Below, piece after piece: positions 34,181-47,600 of a stretch of 64,000 nt of DNA. The notes below the pieces were generated by a model. That model had not been told where the DNA came from and did no database searches. It saw only the letters and a list, made by a program, of their open reading frames with translations. How positions within the stretch are numbered: the stretch's first letter is position 1; each line of letters opens with the position of its first letter. The translations under genes and the position numbers were made by a program. Origin of the DNA: Macrostomum lignano (Eukaryota); the NCBI GenBank assembly GCA_002269645.1, contig NIVC01001246.1, positions 100,197 to 164,196 of the forward strand. Direction: 5' to 3'.

Positions 34181-36200
34181 TCAGGACCGCTTAGTCATCT
34201 TGTTGATTATCATAATACGTTTGATGGCCATTCGGCCTTTGGTCAAGCCGACAGACGATGCAGCCTGCTCTGAACCGTCTGCGCCCTGCTTCTGTGCGCT
34301 GGTGTACCTTGACGCTCGTTTCATCGCCGCTTGCTGCCTCTGCTCGATTTTCGCCTCCCGATCCGACACCTGCTTGTTGATTGAGTCGGCCAAATCTCGC
34401 AAAGCCGGATAGCTTTGAAGGTCACTGATCATTGGCACTAGCCGAGACTCGACTCCGGGGTACTTGCTGGCTGCAGTGTATTTTGCGTATGGTTGCTGCT
34501 TGTTCGGATTCTTTATCTAGATTGTTGCTTGTGCTTTCGCTTGTGCTCAAATACAAATCATTGGCTAAAACATAGATCTATCCGGCCATCGGGTCCTTTC
34601 AAACTTCACAATACGGCTCGTAGCAATCCAGACTGCTCAAAGCCTGTGTTTCCTCTCAGATCTCTTTGGTACTCTGTCTTCTCTCCTCTCTTTTCCTTTA
34701 TTCCCTCTCCTCTCTCCCCTCCTCTGGCCCGCAGTAATGCGCTAGATTCTCTATCTGACCCTCCGATGTAAAAAAAAGTTTTTCGACCCCTGTTTTAAGA
34801 CTACTTTAAATTGCAGTTGAAATTTTCACTCGATAAGCGAAAAAGTTAAAAGCAGAGGATTTTTACTACTTAGTCAGTAGTATTCACTACGATCCTGTGT
34901 CCTGTGTGTTACGGTCGTAATATAAAATTTTCAAAAGGTTGAAAAGTTGAAAAAGGCTTTGCCAGCAGTGGTGCTTGAAGTACGATATTTTGTTACCTTG
35001 ACTTTAAACAAGCAAAAATGGCCGCGGGATTTTTAGAACACTCACTAAAACTTTAAACCAGAGGTCGGAAAATTTTTTACCGATACGCTCGTAATTGCGA
35101 TATTCGACCTGCGTTTGCAGCTCGCTTCAAAACGTGTCGCTTGCTCACGAATCGTTTTCAATTTGAACTATTACTACTAATGTAACTGTACAATAACTTA
35201 ATACCACGTGATAACTTTAAAAAAAACATTACCTTCTAGTTTGCATAGTATAGCAGCGTCCCGACTTTGAATGATGTCGCTTAAACAGTCTTGATTGCTG
35301 CGATCCGTCAGTTTTAGCAGTTCTCCTCGCGTTATGGCCCAGAGGTCGATCTCCGCTGGATTAGACACCAATTTGTTTTAGCATTTCACAACCTATATAA
35401 GTAGCTATACACGTGTATTAGGAATAGAAGAACTAAAAGACACTTCATATCTCCGACACTTCACATGTCCGACATTTCAAGCTTCGAAAATTCATATCTC
35501 CGACACTTCATATCTCCGACACTTCAATCTCCGACACTTCATATATCCGACATTTCCAATCTCTGACACTTCATGTCTTCGACACTTCATATCTCCGACA
35601 TTTCAATCTTCGACATTTCAATCTCCGACACTTCATATATCCGACCCTTCGTATCTCAGAAACTTCACATCTCCGACATTTTATATCTCCGACAAGCGAA
35701 GCAACAGACTATACATATCTCCGAATTTCGTATCTCTGCTGTTAGGGTTAGGTTCAGCTTATAGTGTCGAAGATACGGCTCTCATGTAGTGTCGAAACTA
35801 TAAAAGAGGTGCTGTCGGAGATATGAAAGTGTATTTTACCCGCATGTTCATGTACACAATTTACTCACCCTTTCGTTCAATCCTACATCGTCGCCTGATA
35901 GCACTGACTAGATGCTCCTTCTGACAAGCAATGTTAAACATAGCAGTCTGATTGTCTGCACGTTTTAATTGCGAAAGCGATAATGCAATGAATTGGGTTG
36001 AATTAACATGAAAACAAATTAAGATCCAGGAGGGCTATTATTATCAGTGTCTCACCTGCATAAATTACGCTAAAGTAGAGCGGTGGTCCAACTGTTGGAC
36101 TCTCAACGATTGCTGCTTTCCTGGCAGGTGCCATCCGATAAGAGAAAATCCTTGATCCTTTTTTCGAGCTCGTTCGCCTGATAAGCCTTCTACATATAGG
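34181..36200 (-). CDS. Putative small multi-exon gene of unknown function; candidate exons ~36056-36190, 35869-35920, 35233-35355, 34181-~34470
   Basis: GC-richer segments bounded by AG/GT: KEHLVSAIRRRCRIERK, EIDLWAITRGELLKLTDRSNQDCLSDIIQSRDAAILCKLE, and terminal ...RLVPMISDLQSYPALRDLADSINKQ.... The phase of the first and last junctions is uncertain. Confidence 0.45.
34680..34794 (-). mobile_element. hAT-like MITE terminus (fragment)
   Basis: TTTTTCGACCCCTG end preceded by a CT-rich tract and TGGCCCGCAG; homologous to 21907-21980. Confidence 0.4.
35440..35830. mobile_element. Foldback-like element with subterminal 16-bp tandem repeats
   Basis: GACACTTCATATCTCCGACAC repeats on the left; inverted TGTCGGAGATATGAAAGTGT / AGTGTCGAA on the right; GTTAGGGTTAGGTT inside. 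Confidence 0.5.
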
Positions 36201-38224
36201 TAGGTACTAATTTGAAAAATCGCTTCGAAAATTCTACGTCCAGTTACTCGGTTGGCAATCTATTCTGAGCCACGCAGGTCTCTAGCTAAAGCTGAATGCT
36301 AGCTAAGATATATGCAGTTCTGCAGACAAAAATTGAGCAGCTCTTGAACACGAGCAGACACAGTTGTTGAATTCAGGCAGGACAGCAAGAAAAATATTGC
36401 AATATAGAAGATTTAAAACAGCCTAGCTAGGCTTGAGATTAAGAAACTGCTTTGAATTGCTGCCCACCCCTCTGCCCTGTAATTCGTTTTGTGGGCGAGG
36501 TCCGTTCAAAACTCTAGCTATAATAGGCTAAGCTAAAATGGCCGGCTGCTATACAAGCGTATAACTATTTGAATCTCGTGATGTATTTTTTTTCTTTCTA
36601 AAAGTGAGCAGACCGTTTCTCACGGCTTGTTTGTTGTCCCCAATGGCTATTGAACTTAATTGTGTGCGCAACTGTAGTTAATTGCAACCAGTGGGTGCAG
36701 GGAACATGCTTGGAGGCTCATCAAGCCGGAGTACCCTTTGCATTTTAATAGGCTCGATAGGTTTATAGCAATTATGGTTATAGCTACCTGGTATTTGCAC
36801 CCTATAGCTATCGCTAAATAGAGCAATATATTGCTATTAACGTCTGATAACTGCGAAAATTTTTAGGTTACATACCGCTCTGTTGTTACCGTGTGCATAT
36901 AAAAGAAGTGGTTTTACATAGTCTACGTGAATTGCAGGTAACTCTTAAAAGACTTTGAAAATTAAATAGTTTGCCTAGATGCTACAACAGCTGAGAGACA
37001 AGTTCTGAACAAGTGATTAGTGAGTCACAGTCTCATAAATGAGATGTGGTCGTGGACATATACATGTAGCTGCATGCATTGATTTGTTAACGAGTAGTAT
37101 ACCGCTTCTATTTTAAAACCGACAGGCCCACCAACCTGCCCCAACAGAGCCAGTGGCTTAATTAACAAAATTAGCACCCAGATTAGCGGGTAATGAGTTG
37201 ACTAACACCCACAACGTGTTTTATTAAAGTGAAAAGTCATGACAAGTAGTATATTGCGCCCGTAAATGTCTTTTCTAATATTATTTTACCATGAATTTGT
37301 ATCTCGAATGCTCGTCTACATTCCCATCTCATATACTGCAACTGGCCAATTGTACAAAGCAGTGGTAAAGTATATAACAATCATGAATCATGAGTTGTTA
37401 ATCGATAAAAAACATGGCAGAGATGCTTTTTCCCCATTTTACGAAGCTCTTACCTCAACCACAGGTTATAATGCGCTGACTAAAATCAGTAAAGTGTTTT
37501 AGATAATTTTCGTAAACTACATTATTATAGCTCGCTGAATGGGGTTTTGCCATAGACTGCAGATTCGTTAGAGAAAAATCACTCGAAAAATCCGATTTCT
37601 CCAGAGCAAAAATGTAATAAATGCACCACAGATTCCATATTACCTAAAAATGTGTCACTCCAGCAGCGCGAAAAGCGGCCGGCCTTCAGAGACGGCCGCT
37701 AAATACATTAGCGAATGCTGGCTCAGTAGTGACACATAACTAGACACAGAATTTACTGTGTGCATCTAGGTAATATAGAATCTGTTGAATGCACTGGCGA
37801 TACAACGAATATATGTTCCAATTACCGACCTCCAGTTCATTTCTAGGAAAATTGAGTGTAGCGCATCCGATTCTACTCCAGCTGTCCATGTTGCCATCTC
37901 GACGCTCATCTTGGATTAGGATCGACTCACGTCGACTTCAGCTAAACCGATTGGTCAAGGAGGACCCGATCCTGCGCTTATATCATCTGCAAGTTATGAA
38001 GGTTTTCAACTTCTAACGCCGAAGATGGAATTAATGATAGACCATCGCGGTAATGTTAGAGAAAGGAGATTAAAACAGCCATTTAAACATCCGAGGTGGG
38101 TTCTCGATCAGATCACAGCTGACCCTGCAGGAGGAAGTTCGTGGGCGAGTCATCTTAACGTATTTCTGGACGTGTAGGTAAGGATCAGTAACTCAGTTCA
38201 GCTGTAAATAGTTTAGTGCTTTGG

Positions 38225-38251
38225 TGTCGAACGTATGCAGACAGACACACT

Positions 38252-38303
<52 letters not shown>

Positions 38304-38307
38304 CACT

Positions 38308-38353
<46 letters not shown>

Positions 38354-38640
38354 AAGACAGACAGACAGACAGAAAGATAGGCAGACAGACAGAAAGACAG
38401 ACAGACAGACAAAAAGACAGACAGACAGGCAGGCAGACAGGCAGAAAGACAGGCAGGTAGACAGAAAGACAGGCAGACAGACAGAAAGACAGGCAGACAG
38501 ACAGACAGAAAGAAAGACAGACAGACAGACAGACAGACAGAAAGACAGGCAGGTAGACAGAAAGACAGATAGAAAGACAGAAAGACAGACAGACAGACAA
38601 AGACAGGCAGACAGACAGAAAGACAGGCATGACAGAGACA
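38225..38640. repeat. (GACA)n-based simple repeat
   Basis: AGAC/AGGC/AGAA runs. Confidence 0.95.
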
Positions 38641-39219
38641 TAATGGTTCACGAAGATTTTTTTGGCGTAGCCTCGTGAGTTACATTATTTTACAGGCAAT
38701 TATTTCGAGGCCCAGATACTGCATTCTGCATCCACAGTTTTAAGCAGGAGAAACTCCAATCAGGTTCTAAAAAGTGTCAGCTTATGAGAGGCGATCATTA
38801 CGAGAATAAATTTCATACAGGTAAAACCGGAGCCTGGAGAACACGCGCATGCATGTAAATTAGGCCTTGAATCGGTATAACTAATTCAGCAATTTAGCAA
38901 CAAAATGCAGATGGCTGCATTAGCTACATTCTGCGCATGTGCACTTGAAACTGTACACTGAATAAACCAGTCCTTTCCACCCCTCTGCAATTGCTGCCCT
39001 AGCTAGCTCATTCCCTCAATCCTGTAATTCACCTGTGCACGCACTCCAACAACCTGTTGCCAACGGAGACTGCAAGAGAGAGGAAGTCATGTCCCTTCTA
39101 TCCTCTCATTTTTAACTCCCCATATTCCACTACTTATTCTGTATGCATTCCATCTCAGTTTCTTTCTCGTGTTGAACTTTTAGCTGTTGGATTATAGTCT
39201 TATAGTTTTAAGGCCTATA

Positions 39220-39879
39220 ATGACGGAAAACTTGCCAAAAGAATTGCGTCACACGCAGCCGCAAAAGTATGCACCTCGGGCGAGACGCGAACAGCAGCTG
39301 CCAATCAGTCAGCAGCACTATGCGGAAGTGCTGCAGGCATTCGAAGCCCCATTCGCTAAGAGTCGCCTCGACGCTATCCAGTCTCAATTATTGTCCAGAT
39401 GCGAACAGAGGGACGATCTTGACAGACGAAGCCTGCAGGCCAAGGTGTTCATGGGCCAGGAGTTGAAAACTCGCGACGTGCACCTGAATAAACCGCTGCG
39501 CCCAACCGAGACGGAGGTCAAGGGTGGCCTGCCATCTGCCGAGGGTAATTAATGTTGCTTTTTTTCATTCGAGGGGGCTCTTCCGCACCACATCCATTAC
39601 GCGAGTCGGCGCGCCAGCACCATGCAGGGGCGCCAGCACCATGCAGGGGCGCCAGCGAGGCTTTGCAATTGCCAGCTTGGGTCTGATGAAAATGAGATGA
39701 TATTTTACTTTAAATACGAGCTGGTACATCCAGACTTTTGCAAAATCAACTGTAGCTATATTTTGCATCTGTTTTTTTTATTAATTTCAGATGTCGTCAA
39801 CGAGAAGCGAGCCTGGTTGGAGGCGGACGCCAGGCGTTATTGGGATCTCGGAAAGCTTTCTGCTAATACACCGAAATGA
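39220..39879 (+). CDS. Hypothetical 137-aa protein; join(39220..39544,39791..39879)
   Basis: ATG at 39220 (MTENLPKELRHTQPQKY...). The phase-1 GTAATT donor at 39545 and TTTCAG acceptor at 39790 join in frame to DVVNEKRAWLEADARRYWDLGKL...TGA. Upstream exons are possible. Confidence 0.7.
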
Positions 39880-41632
39880 TCAGGGTTGAAAAACCTGTCT
39901 ATCTATAATTCCGTGTGATATTTTTCTCTTGTTTAAACCTAGCGATCTAAAAAAATAGAAATGTACCTTTAAAACTTTTTACAGAACATGGTAATATACA
40001 AAAGTCCAGTAACTACTTGGCATTTAAATTAAACTTTAGTAAAGACTCAAGCTCTCAGTGATACAATGTTAAAAATAGTATATTTTAAGCAAAGAAATTA
40101 GCTATCGTAAATTCAAAATTGTGCCGTCTCTAGTATATTCCGGTGTGTGTTTTAAAACAAACAAGAAAGATTTGCGATAGAATTTTCGTTTGAATAGTAA
40201 ATCAATTTGAGGTTTCGGTTTTTATACACTTACAAAAACAGAGGACAGCTTCGATCCACTCTGTTCAATTTGCTGAGCCAGAAAAATAGAAGTATAACAA
40301 AACAACTATAAAGGAATTGGACGGAGATTTTTTTACATATACTGGTTTTACGATTATACACCAGAATATCGGAATGCACAGGCAGGAGAGAGCACATTAG
40401 TAAAGGTTATATTTAGCAGTTGAAGCACATTATTCTTCAATAAAAATAAACTGGGCGAAAGCGTTAGTCTAGTATTTTTTGGACGGCCTCTTTATACAGC
40501 TTTGAACCAGCAAACGGGAAAGTTTTGTTCGGATTTGCGTGGTTACACATAACAAATGTTGCAATTATATACTGCTACGTATACAGACTGCACTTTCAAC
40601 AGAATGAAAATAAAACAGCAAAGTCCGCGAAACCGCATCAGACCGATCTGCTGTACAGAATGAAAGCTTGTCGCTGAATTTAGCTTTTTTTTAAATCACA
40701 GTTCGAAGGCAAAATGAGATCACAGTGAGACGCAGGAAAACGCAACAAAGCATGCAACGTAAGCATCAAGTTTCTGTCGTAGCGAAGTACAAATTTATAA
40801 GCAGCCACGAAAGCATTTGATACGTTTAGTGAGAAACATTTAAAACAAAAGTCTATTTAAAATATTTATTTTCGTTTTTAAAAGATTAAATTAATCTAAC
40901 CCCTCGTATTAATTCAATGTTTTATGTAGTAGTGTCGTTGTAGTGTGTTTGCTTGTTGGCTGAATCAATTTACTACTATCATGGTATGAAATAATTCTCA
41001 CTTTCAAGTATAAAAATCATTAGTCACTTAAAACAAGCGATAAGCATAAGACACAAATCAGGAAAATTGAGCGTATTCATTACATACTCGTATTTCACCA
41101 AAATGATAGTCTAATAAAATAAAGTATACGTAAATAATGTATATTAGCTAATCTCGTACTAAGGCGGTCACAAGAACAACAGTTTATGAGTTTAAGCTAT
41201 TTAGATGACAAGATAGCTCGTAAGAGAAGAGGCGGAACAGTAATCGAGCGAAAGGGCTTGAACCGATTGAACGAGTGAATGGGGTGGCGGGGGCTATTCT
41301 GTGTGTACATTTACGAGTCAACTGAATTTACATTCTAAAAAGGAAAGGGGGAGAGCGCTAGCTAGAACGAATGTTGGATTGGGGCGGACGGCGCGCAGGC
41401 AGCTAAAGTACAATACGCGAATTAAAAATAAAAAAATCTGGCGATTGTAAACACTTTAGTAAGCCCAGACTGGAGGCTCATTTATAAAGTTAATGAAATG
41501 TTTCGATAAACAATTTTACAAGTAATTAAAAATCAAAGTCAAGCCCAAAAACAACCCAAGCACACCCGGATAGATTTTTGTACACACTGTACTACTTAAT
41601 AACGTTAAAATATAAAATCTGGCGATTACAAT

Positions 41633-44600
41633 TTAGTACTGCCTCAGTGCATCTTCCAGCATGGAAACTGCCTGCGGTGTGCATTGAGCATTCGATCGTG
41701 CTCGATCCAGCAGCTCAGCAGGGCCGGAGTAGCTTGCCAAAGTTTGCGCCAATCTGTAGGCGCTAGATTTTAGCGCCACAGAGCCGGCGCCTGGCGCCGA
41801 GGCTAGGCCGCCCAATAGGCGGAACAGCTCCGGCTCCAAATGCAGCTGAGATAGGCGCGGCTTTCTTGGCGCCAAACGCTCCGCTAGCGCCGCCAGTTTG
41901 TCCACCAGTTCCGGTTTTGAGCGCGGATTTCCGGTGGCAACGGCCTGCGGGACCAAATAATTGTCAGATTCTATATGCATGTAGGATTTAAACCTAACAG
42001 CTGGGTGTTCAGAGTCGATTGAGTAGTGTATGTGGTGCAAAATTTGGTTATAAAAGTAATTAAAAGTAATTAAAGTTGAAAACAGGGTGTTAAAACAGGG
42101 GACACCAAAATTGGGAAGTGTCTGAATCACCGAATTGGGAAGTGTCTGAATTGCCGAATTGGGAAGTGTCTGAATTACCGAATTGGGAAGTGTCTGAATT
42201 ACCGAATTGGGAAGTGTCTGAATTACCGAATTGGAAAGTGTCTGAATTACCGAATTGGGAAGTGTCTGAATTACCGAATTGGGAAGTGTCTGAATTACCG
42301 AATTGGGAAGTGTCTGAATTGCCGAATTGGGAAGTGTCTGAATTGCCGAATTGGGAAGTGTCTGAATTGCCGAATTGGGAAGTGTCTGAATTACCGAATT
42401 GGGAAGTGTCTGAATTGCCGAATTGGGAAGTGTCTGAATTACCGAATTGGGAAGTGTCTGAATTGCCGAATTGGGAAGTGTCTGAATTACCGAATTGGGA
42501 AGTGTCTGAATTGCCGAATTGGGAAGTGTCTGAATTACCGAATTGGGAAGTGTCTGAAGCGCCTCATTTAACTAAAAAGTTCACTTATGTAGACCCTGTA
42601 CTGTAATGAGAGAGGTGTGCACTTCACCAGTCACCTGTACAAACGGTTGAGCCAGTTTCTCCGAGTCCACCTCCAGGATGAAGATGTCCAGCAGCTGTCC
42701 GGCTAAGCTGGCCAACTCGGCGGATTTCGATGACAGCACGGGAGCAGCGTGCTGCACGAGTGTGTTGGCCACCGTGGGCAGGTAGTTGCGCAACGGGTGC
42801 ACCAGCTGCAGGGCGGTTTCCAATGCGTGCTGTTGCACCTTTGAATTGGAATCACCCAGACGAGGCGCGAATGCGTCCATGAACTGCGCGGGAGGGACGG
42901 AGGTGGATGGAGTGGCTGAGCGGTGCTGAGTGGTCTCAGGTATGAAAAAAGCTTGAAAGTTTAAGCCACGACTTCAAAACCGGATTGTCTTAAAATTTAA
43001 GTCAACCTCTTCAGAACTTTTGAAGATCAACTGGTCCTAACCGCTAAGACAGAACATCACCTGTTTGAATTTTCGAATGACTAATCAAATATACGCTCGT
43101 ACTAAAAATGAGTTGTCCGAATTGCTTGAGGTACGAGCATTAAGCACTTGGGCATGAAGAAAAGAAGACAGAATAGGACACCAATACATAAAGACACAAT
43201 TTGGCACCAAGACACGACACAATAGGATAGCAAGGCATGAAGACACCAAGACATGAAGAGAAGACACAATAGGACACCAAGACATGAAGACACAATAGGA
43301 CACCAAGACATGAAGACACAATAGGACACCAAGACATGAAGACACAGTAGGACACCAAGACATGAAGACACAATAGGACACCAAGACATGAAGACACAAT
43401 ATGACACCAAGACATGAAGACACAATAGGACACCAAGACATGAAGACACAATAGGACACCAAGACATGAAGACACAATAGGACACCAAGACATGAAGACA
43501 CAATAGGACACCAAGACATGAAGACACAATAGGACACCAATAAATACGAGCGTAAAGGCAACAACGGCATTGAGACATAAAGACACGAACACGCGAAGAC
43601 GCCATACCTTCACAATGCACTGGCCAACCAGATCCGTGCGCTCCTGGCTCAGCTCAGCCAGCTGGTCGATCCCAGACAGCCGCTCCTTCCAGTCCGGAGC
43701 GTTCAGCCTTTGGCAGGCCGTCTTCACCAAGTCGGCGGCGGCGTCGCTCAGCCGACTGTTGCTGCCAGCGGCGCCTCTCTGGCGGCCCAACGGCGCCGAC
43801 TGTCCCGTCGTCGAGGTCGAAGCGTACGATCCGGCCAGACTGGCCGAGTCCGCCGAGCCGGCCGAGTTGCCGCGCCGACTTTTTGTGCCGGCGCTAAACG
43901 TCGACGGCGGCTGGTCGCCGACGCCTTTCAGCCGGAGATTCTCCAGCACATCCTTGAGGTTGCGCATCACGGCAGGTGATACGTGCTTGCTGATCAGCGC
44001 GTCAAAGTCCTGGTGGCCGAGCAGCGGGTACAGAATTGTCCGGCCCCAGTATCGAGTCTCCTGACTGCCGTCTAGACAGAAATTTGCCGCCGTGGCTAGC
44101 AGCTTGTCGGTGACGTCCTTGACGCCGGAGAGCACCCGGCCGGGGCCCATGCGATCGCACAGCTCGGAGAGAATCTGCGCGCACAGGCTGCGCACCTGGG
44201 AGCTCTTGTGGCTGGCGCCGCCCTGAGCGCCGGGAGGGACAGGGGAGTCTCGCTCGGATTTCAAGTATTGACAAGCGGTCTCACAGAGTCTCATTCCCAA
44301 ATCTAAGTCTGTCTCTTCTGAATCTATCTTATGCTAGTCTCAAACTAGATCTTGACCTGTTTCCAATCTCAATCTGCAACTGTCTTAATATCTGTTCCAT
44401 TTTGTACCAATATCGATATCAGAGATGCAGTCTTAACAAATCTCATCCAGTCTCACCAAATCCCACGCTGTCCCAGAAAATCTCTTCCAGTCTCACCAAA
44501 TCTCACCCAGTCTCACCAAATCTCACTCAGTCTCACCAAATCTCATCCAGTCTCACAAAATCGCATCCAGTCTCACAAAATCGCATCCAGTCTCACAAAA

Positions 44601-47600
44601 TCGCATCCAGTCTCACAAAATTGCATCCAGTCTCACAAAATCGCATCCAGTCTCACAAAATCGCATCCAGTCTCACAAAATCTCACCCAGTCTCACTAAA
44701 TCTCACACAGTCTCAGAAAATCGCGTCCAGTCTCCCCAAATCTCATCCAGTCTCACAAAATCGCATCCAGTCTCACCAAATCTCATCCAGTCTCACAAAA
44801 TCGCATCCAGTCTCACCAAATCTCATCCAGTCTCACAAAATCGCATCCAGTCTCACCAAATCTCATCCAGTCTCACCAAATCTCATCCAGTCTCACTAAA
44901 TCTCCCCCAGTCCCACCAAATCTCTCCCAGTCTCACCAAATCTCATCCAGTCTCACAAAATCTCATCCAGTCTCACAAAATCGCATCCAGTCTCACCAAA
45001 TCTCATCCAGTCTCACCAACTCTCATCCAGTCTCACTAAATCTCCCCCAGTCTCACCAAATCTCTCCCAGTCTCACCAAATCTCATCCAGTCTCACCAAA
45101 TCTCACTCAGTCCCATTAAGTCTTGCCCAGACTTTTCTCAACTCTGAACCATTCTCAAATCTCTGCCAGGAAAAATCCCCTAGGATCATTGCTTCACCTG
45201 TATGATCGCTCCGAGGGCTCGTCCCTGGTTGCAGTGCTCAACCATGCTCATCAGTGCCGACTCAGCGTCTTCTTGGATAAATCTGCAGACAGTTGTTGAA
45301 AACGCATCAGATTGCAATAAAAGTTACAATATAGAGCAGCCATTTCCGAGTCAGAAACCTATTGAGCCCTTGGCTGCAGACCCATAGACTGTTCCTATTG
45401 TCAAAGTGTCTGTTTAATATATGGCCCCCAAGGAGGGTCAGGACCTCAACTCAGTCAGGAGCCAAACGGAATGAGCAGAATTGCCTCAGCTCAGGAAACT
45501 CACTTGTTAGTCTCGCTGCCTTTCTGCAGTAGAATTTTTGCGCACTGCTCAAGCTCAGCGTCCATCCGTTTGCCCAGGTGCTGCAGCAGGCAGCCGAGAG
45601 TCGACATTGCCAGTCGAGACACCTGGGAGCGAAGATTTTTCACTTCGCCAATGACGGCCAGGGTCAGCGGGTGCATCTCTCTGGCGGCCACTTCTGGATG
45701 GTTTGCGGCCAGTCGTTGAACCAGCTGAAGGCCCTCGCACTTGGCCTGCCAGTCGCTGGCCTGCACTCGCGTCAGCGCCTCCTGAAGCGATCGGTCTGGA
45801 TTGGCCAGTGGGCCTGAAGCTGCCGGAGCCGACGACTGAAGCGATTCGCTGGACGAAGGCGGCCCCGTCTGGCTCGGCGAAGGTCGCAGCGGTCGGCTGA
45901 GGTTCCGCCTGGGGGCTGGTGGCTTCGAGGCTGCCGGAGAGGCTGCAGCTGCGGCAGCGTCCGGAGCGGCGCTGAAGCTCTCTGTGAATGTGGTGATTGG
46001 TTTGGCTAGTGTGAGGTGGGTGAGATTGAGGGAGAGGGGAGATTAAGGGAGAGGGTGAGATTTGGGGAGAGAGGGTGAGATTTGAGAGAGAGAGGATGAG
46101 ATTTGGGGAGAGAGGGTGAGATTTGAGAGAGAGAGGATGAGATTTGGGGGAGAGAGGGTGAGACTTGGAGGGGAGGGTGAGATTTGGGAGGAAAGAGGGT
46201 GAGATTTGGGGAGAGAGGGTGAGATTTGGGGGTGAGAGGGTGAGATTTGAGAGAGAGAGGATGAGATTTGGGGGAGAGAGGGTGAGACTTGGAGGGGAGG
46301 GTGAGATTTGGGAGGAAAGAGGGTGAGATTTGGGGAGAGAGGGTGAGATTTGGGGGGAGGGTGAGATTTGGGAGGGTAGAGAGTGAGATTTTGGAGGGGA
46401 GAGGGTGAGATTTGGGGGAGAGAGGGTAAGATTTGGGAGGGGAGGGTGAGATTTGGGAGGAAAGAGGGTGAGATTTGGGAGGAAAGAGGGTGAGATTTGG
46501 GAGGAAAGAGGGTGAGATTTGGGAGGAAAGAGGGTGAGATTTGGGGAGAGAGAGTGAGATTTTGGGGAGAGAGGGTGAGATTTGGGGCGAGAGGGTGAGA
46601 TTTGGGGGTGAGAGGGTAAGATTTGGGGGGAGGGTGAGATTTGGGAGGGGAGAGGGTGAGATTGATGGAGAGAGGATGAGATAGGGGAGACGGTGAGAAG
46701 ATAATAAAGAAAAACAGTATAGAATTAAGAATTTCACAATAAAGATGAGAAGCCAGCAGCTCAAAACTTGTGTCACGCGCACTCACGGTCGGACACTTTT
46801 CTGTTGAGGCTGGCCAATGCGTAGTTGCGCACGGAGCCCCGGGTGCTCTCGGAGTCGCTGTCCACCCCGATGCTGTCCGTGTGCCGCTTGGAGATGGCCA
46901 GCTGTTCCTGCGGTGCAAGTTGATTGGCTGGAAGATTAATGACACACTAAAAACAAGAAAAATAACGAAAAACGCTAATTGCGCTACTGAACACTTACTG
47001 GATGAGTTTTTCAAAAAGTTTGTATTTTTATTTTCAGGTAAATTACGGAAGTTAGATAAATAATTCTGATTAGCCAACCAGTGGGTTAAAAATGTTCTAA
47101 TTTTTTTTTATATTGTCCACTGAAAGAGTTTTAAAACTGAAGAATAATAATAGTTTTACAGATAGACTAGCTACTAGATTGTTAAATATTCTATTTAAAT
47201 TAGATTCACTCGTGCCTATGCTACTGAAAGATTTTTATTGTTTTTTCTAAAGGTGTCACCAAGTTATTGTTGGATTTCCCTATCTAGCTAGGGCGGTTTT
47301 GTTTCACCTGGAAGAGCATTTGAGCATAGTCCAGCCTGCTCTGCACCGAGTGACCTCTGCTTTGACTGGGACTTGGCTGCTGCAGTGAAGTTGTACAATC
47401 GAATTCAATTCATTGATAAGTTTGAAGCTTGTTGAGGTTTAATAAAAACTTCGCCATCAGTAACGCCATCAGTAAACACAGCTTTTTTGTTACAAAAAAT
47501 GCATTAACTTTTTGTTAGAGTCAACCTGACACATTAATTAAAGTCAACAAGCGGGAGTTGTTAGTAAATGTTGATATTTTCAATAGCGAATGAGTCAGAC

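Noticed and set aside
21907-34794. Two hAT-like ends facing each other, as if bracketing a 12.9-kb composite transposon
   Set aside because: The flanks (TCCTAATA versus TTTTAAGA) show no 8-bp TSD, there is no transposase, and the left end sits inside an intact POLR1A. These are more likely independent MITE fragments.
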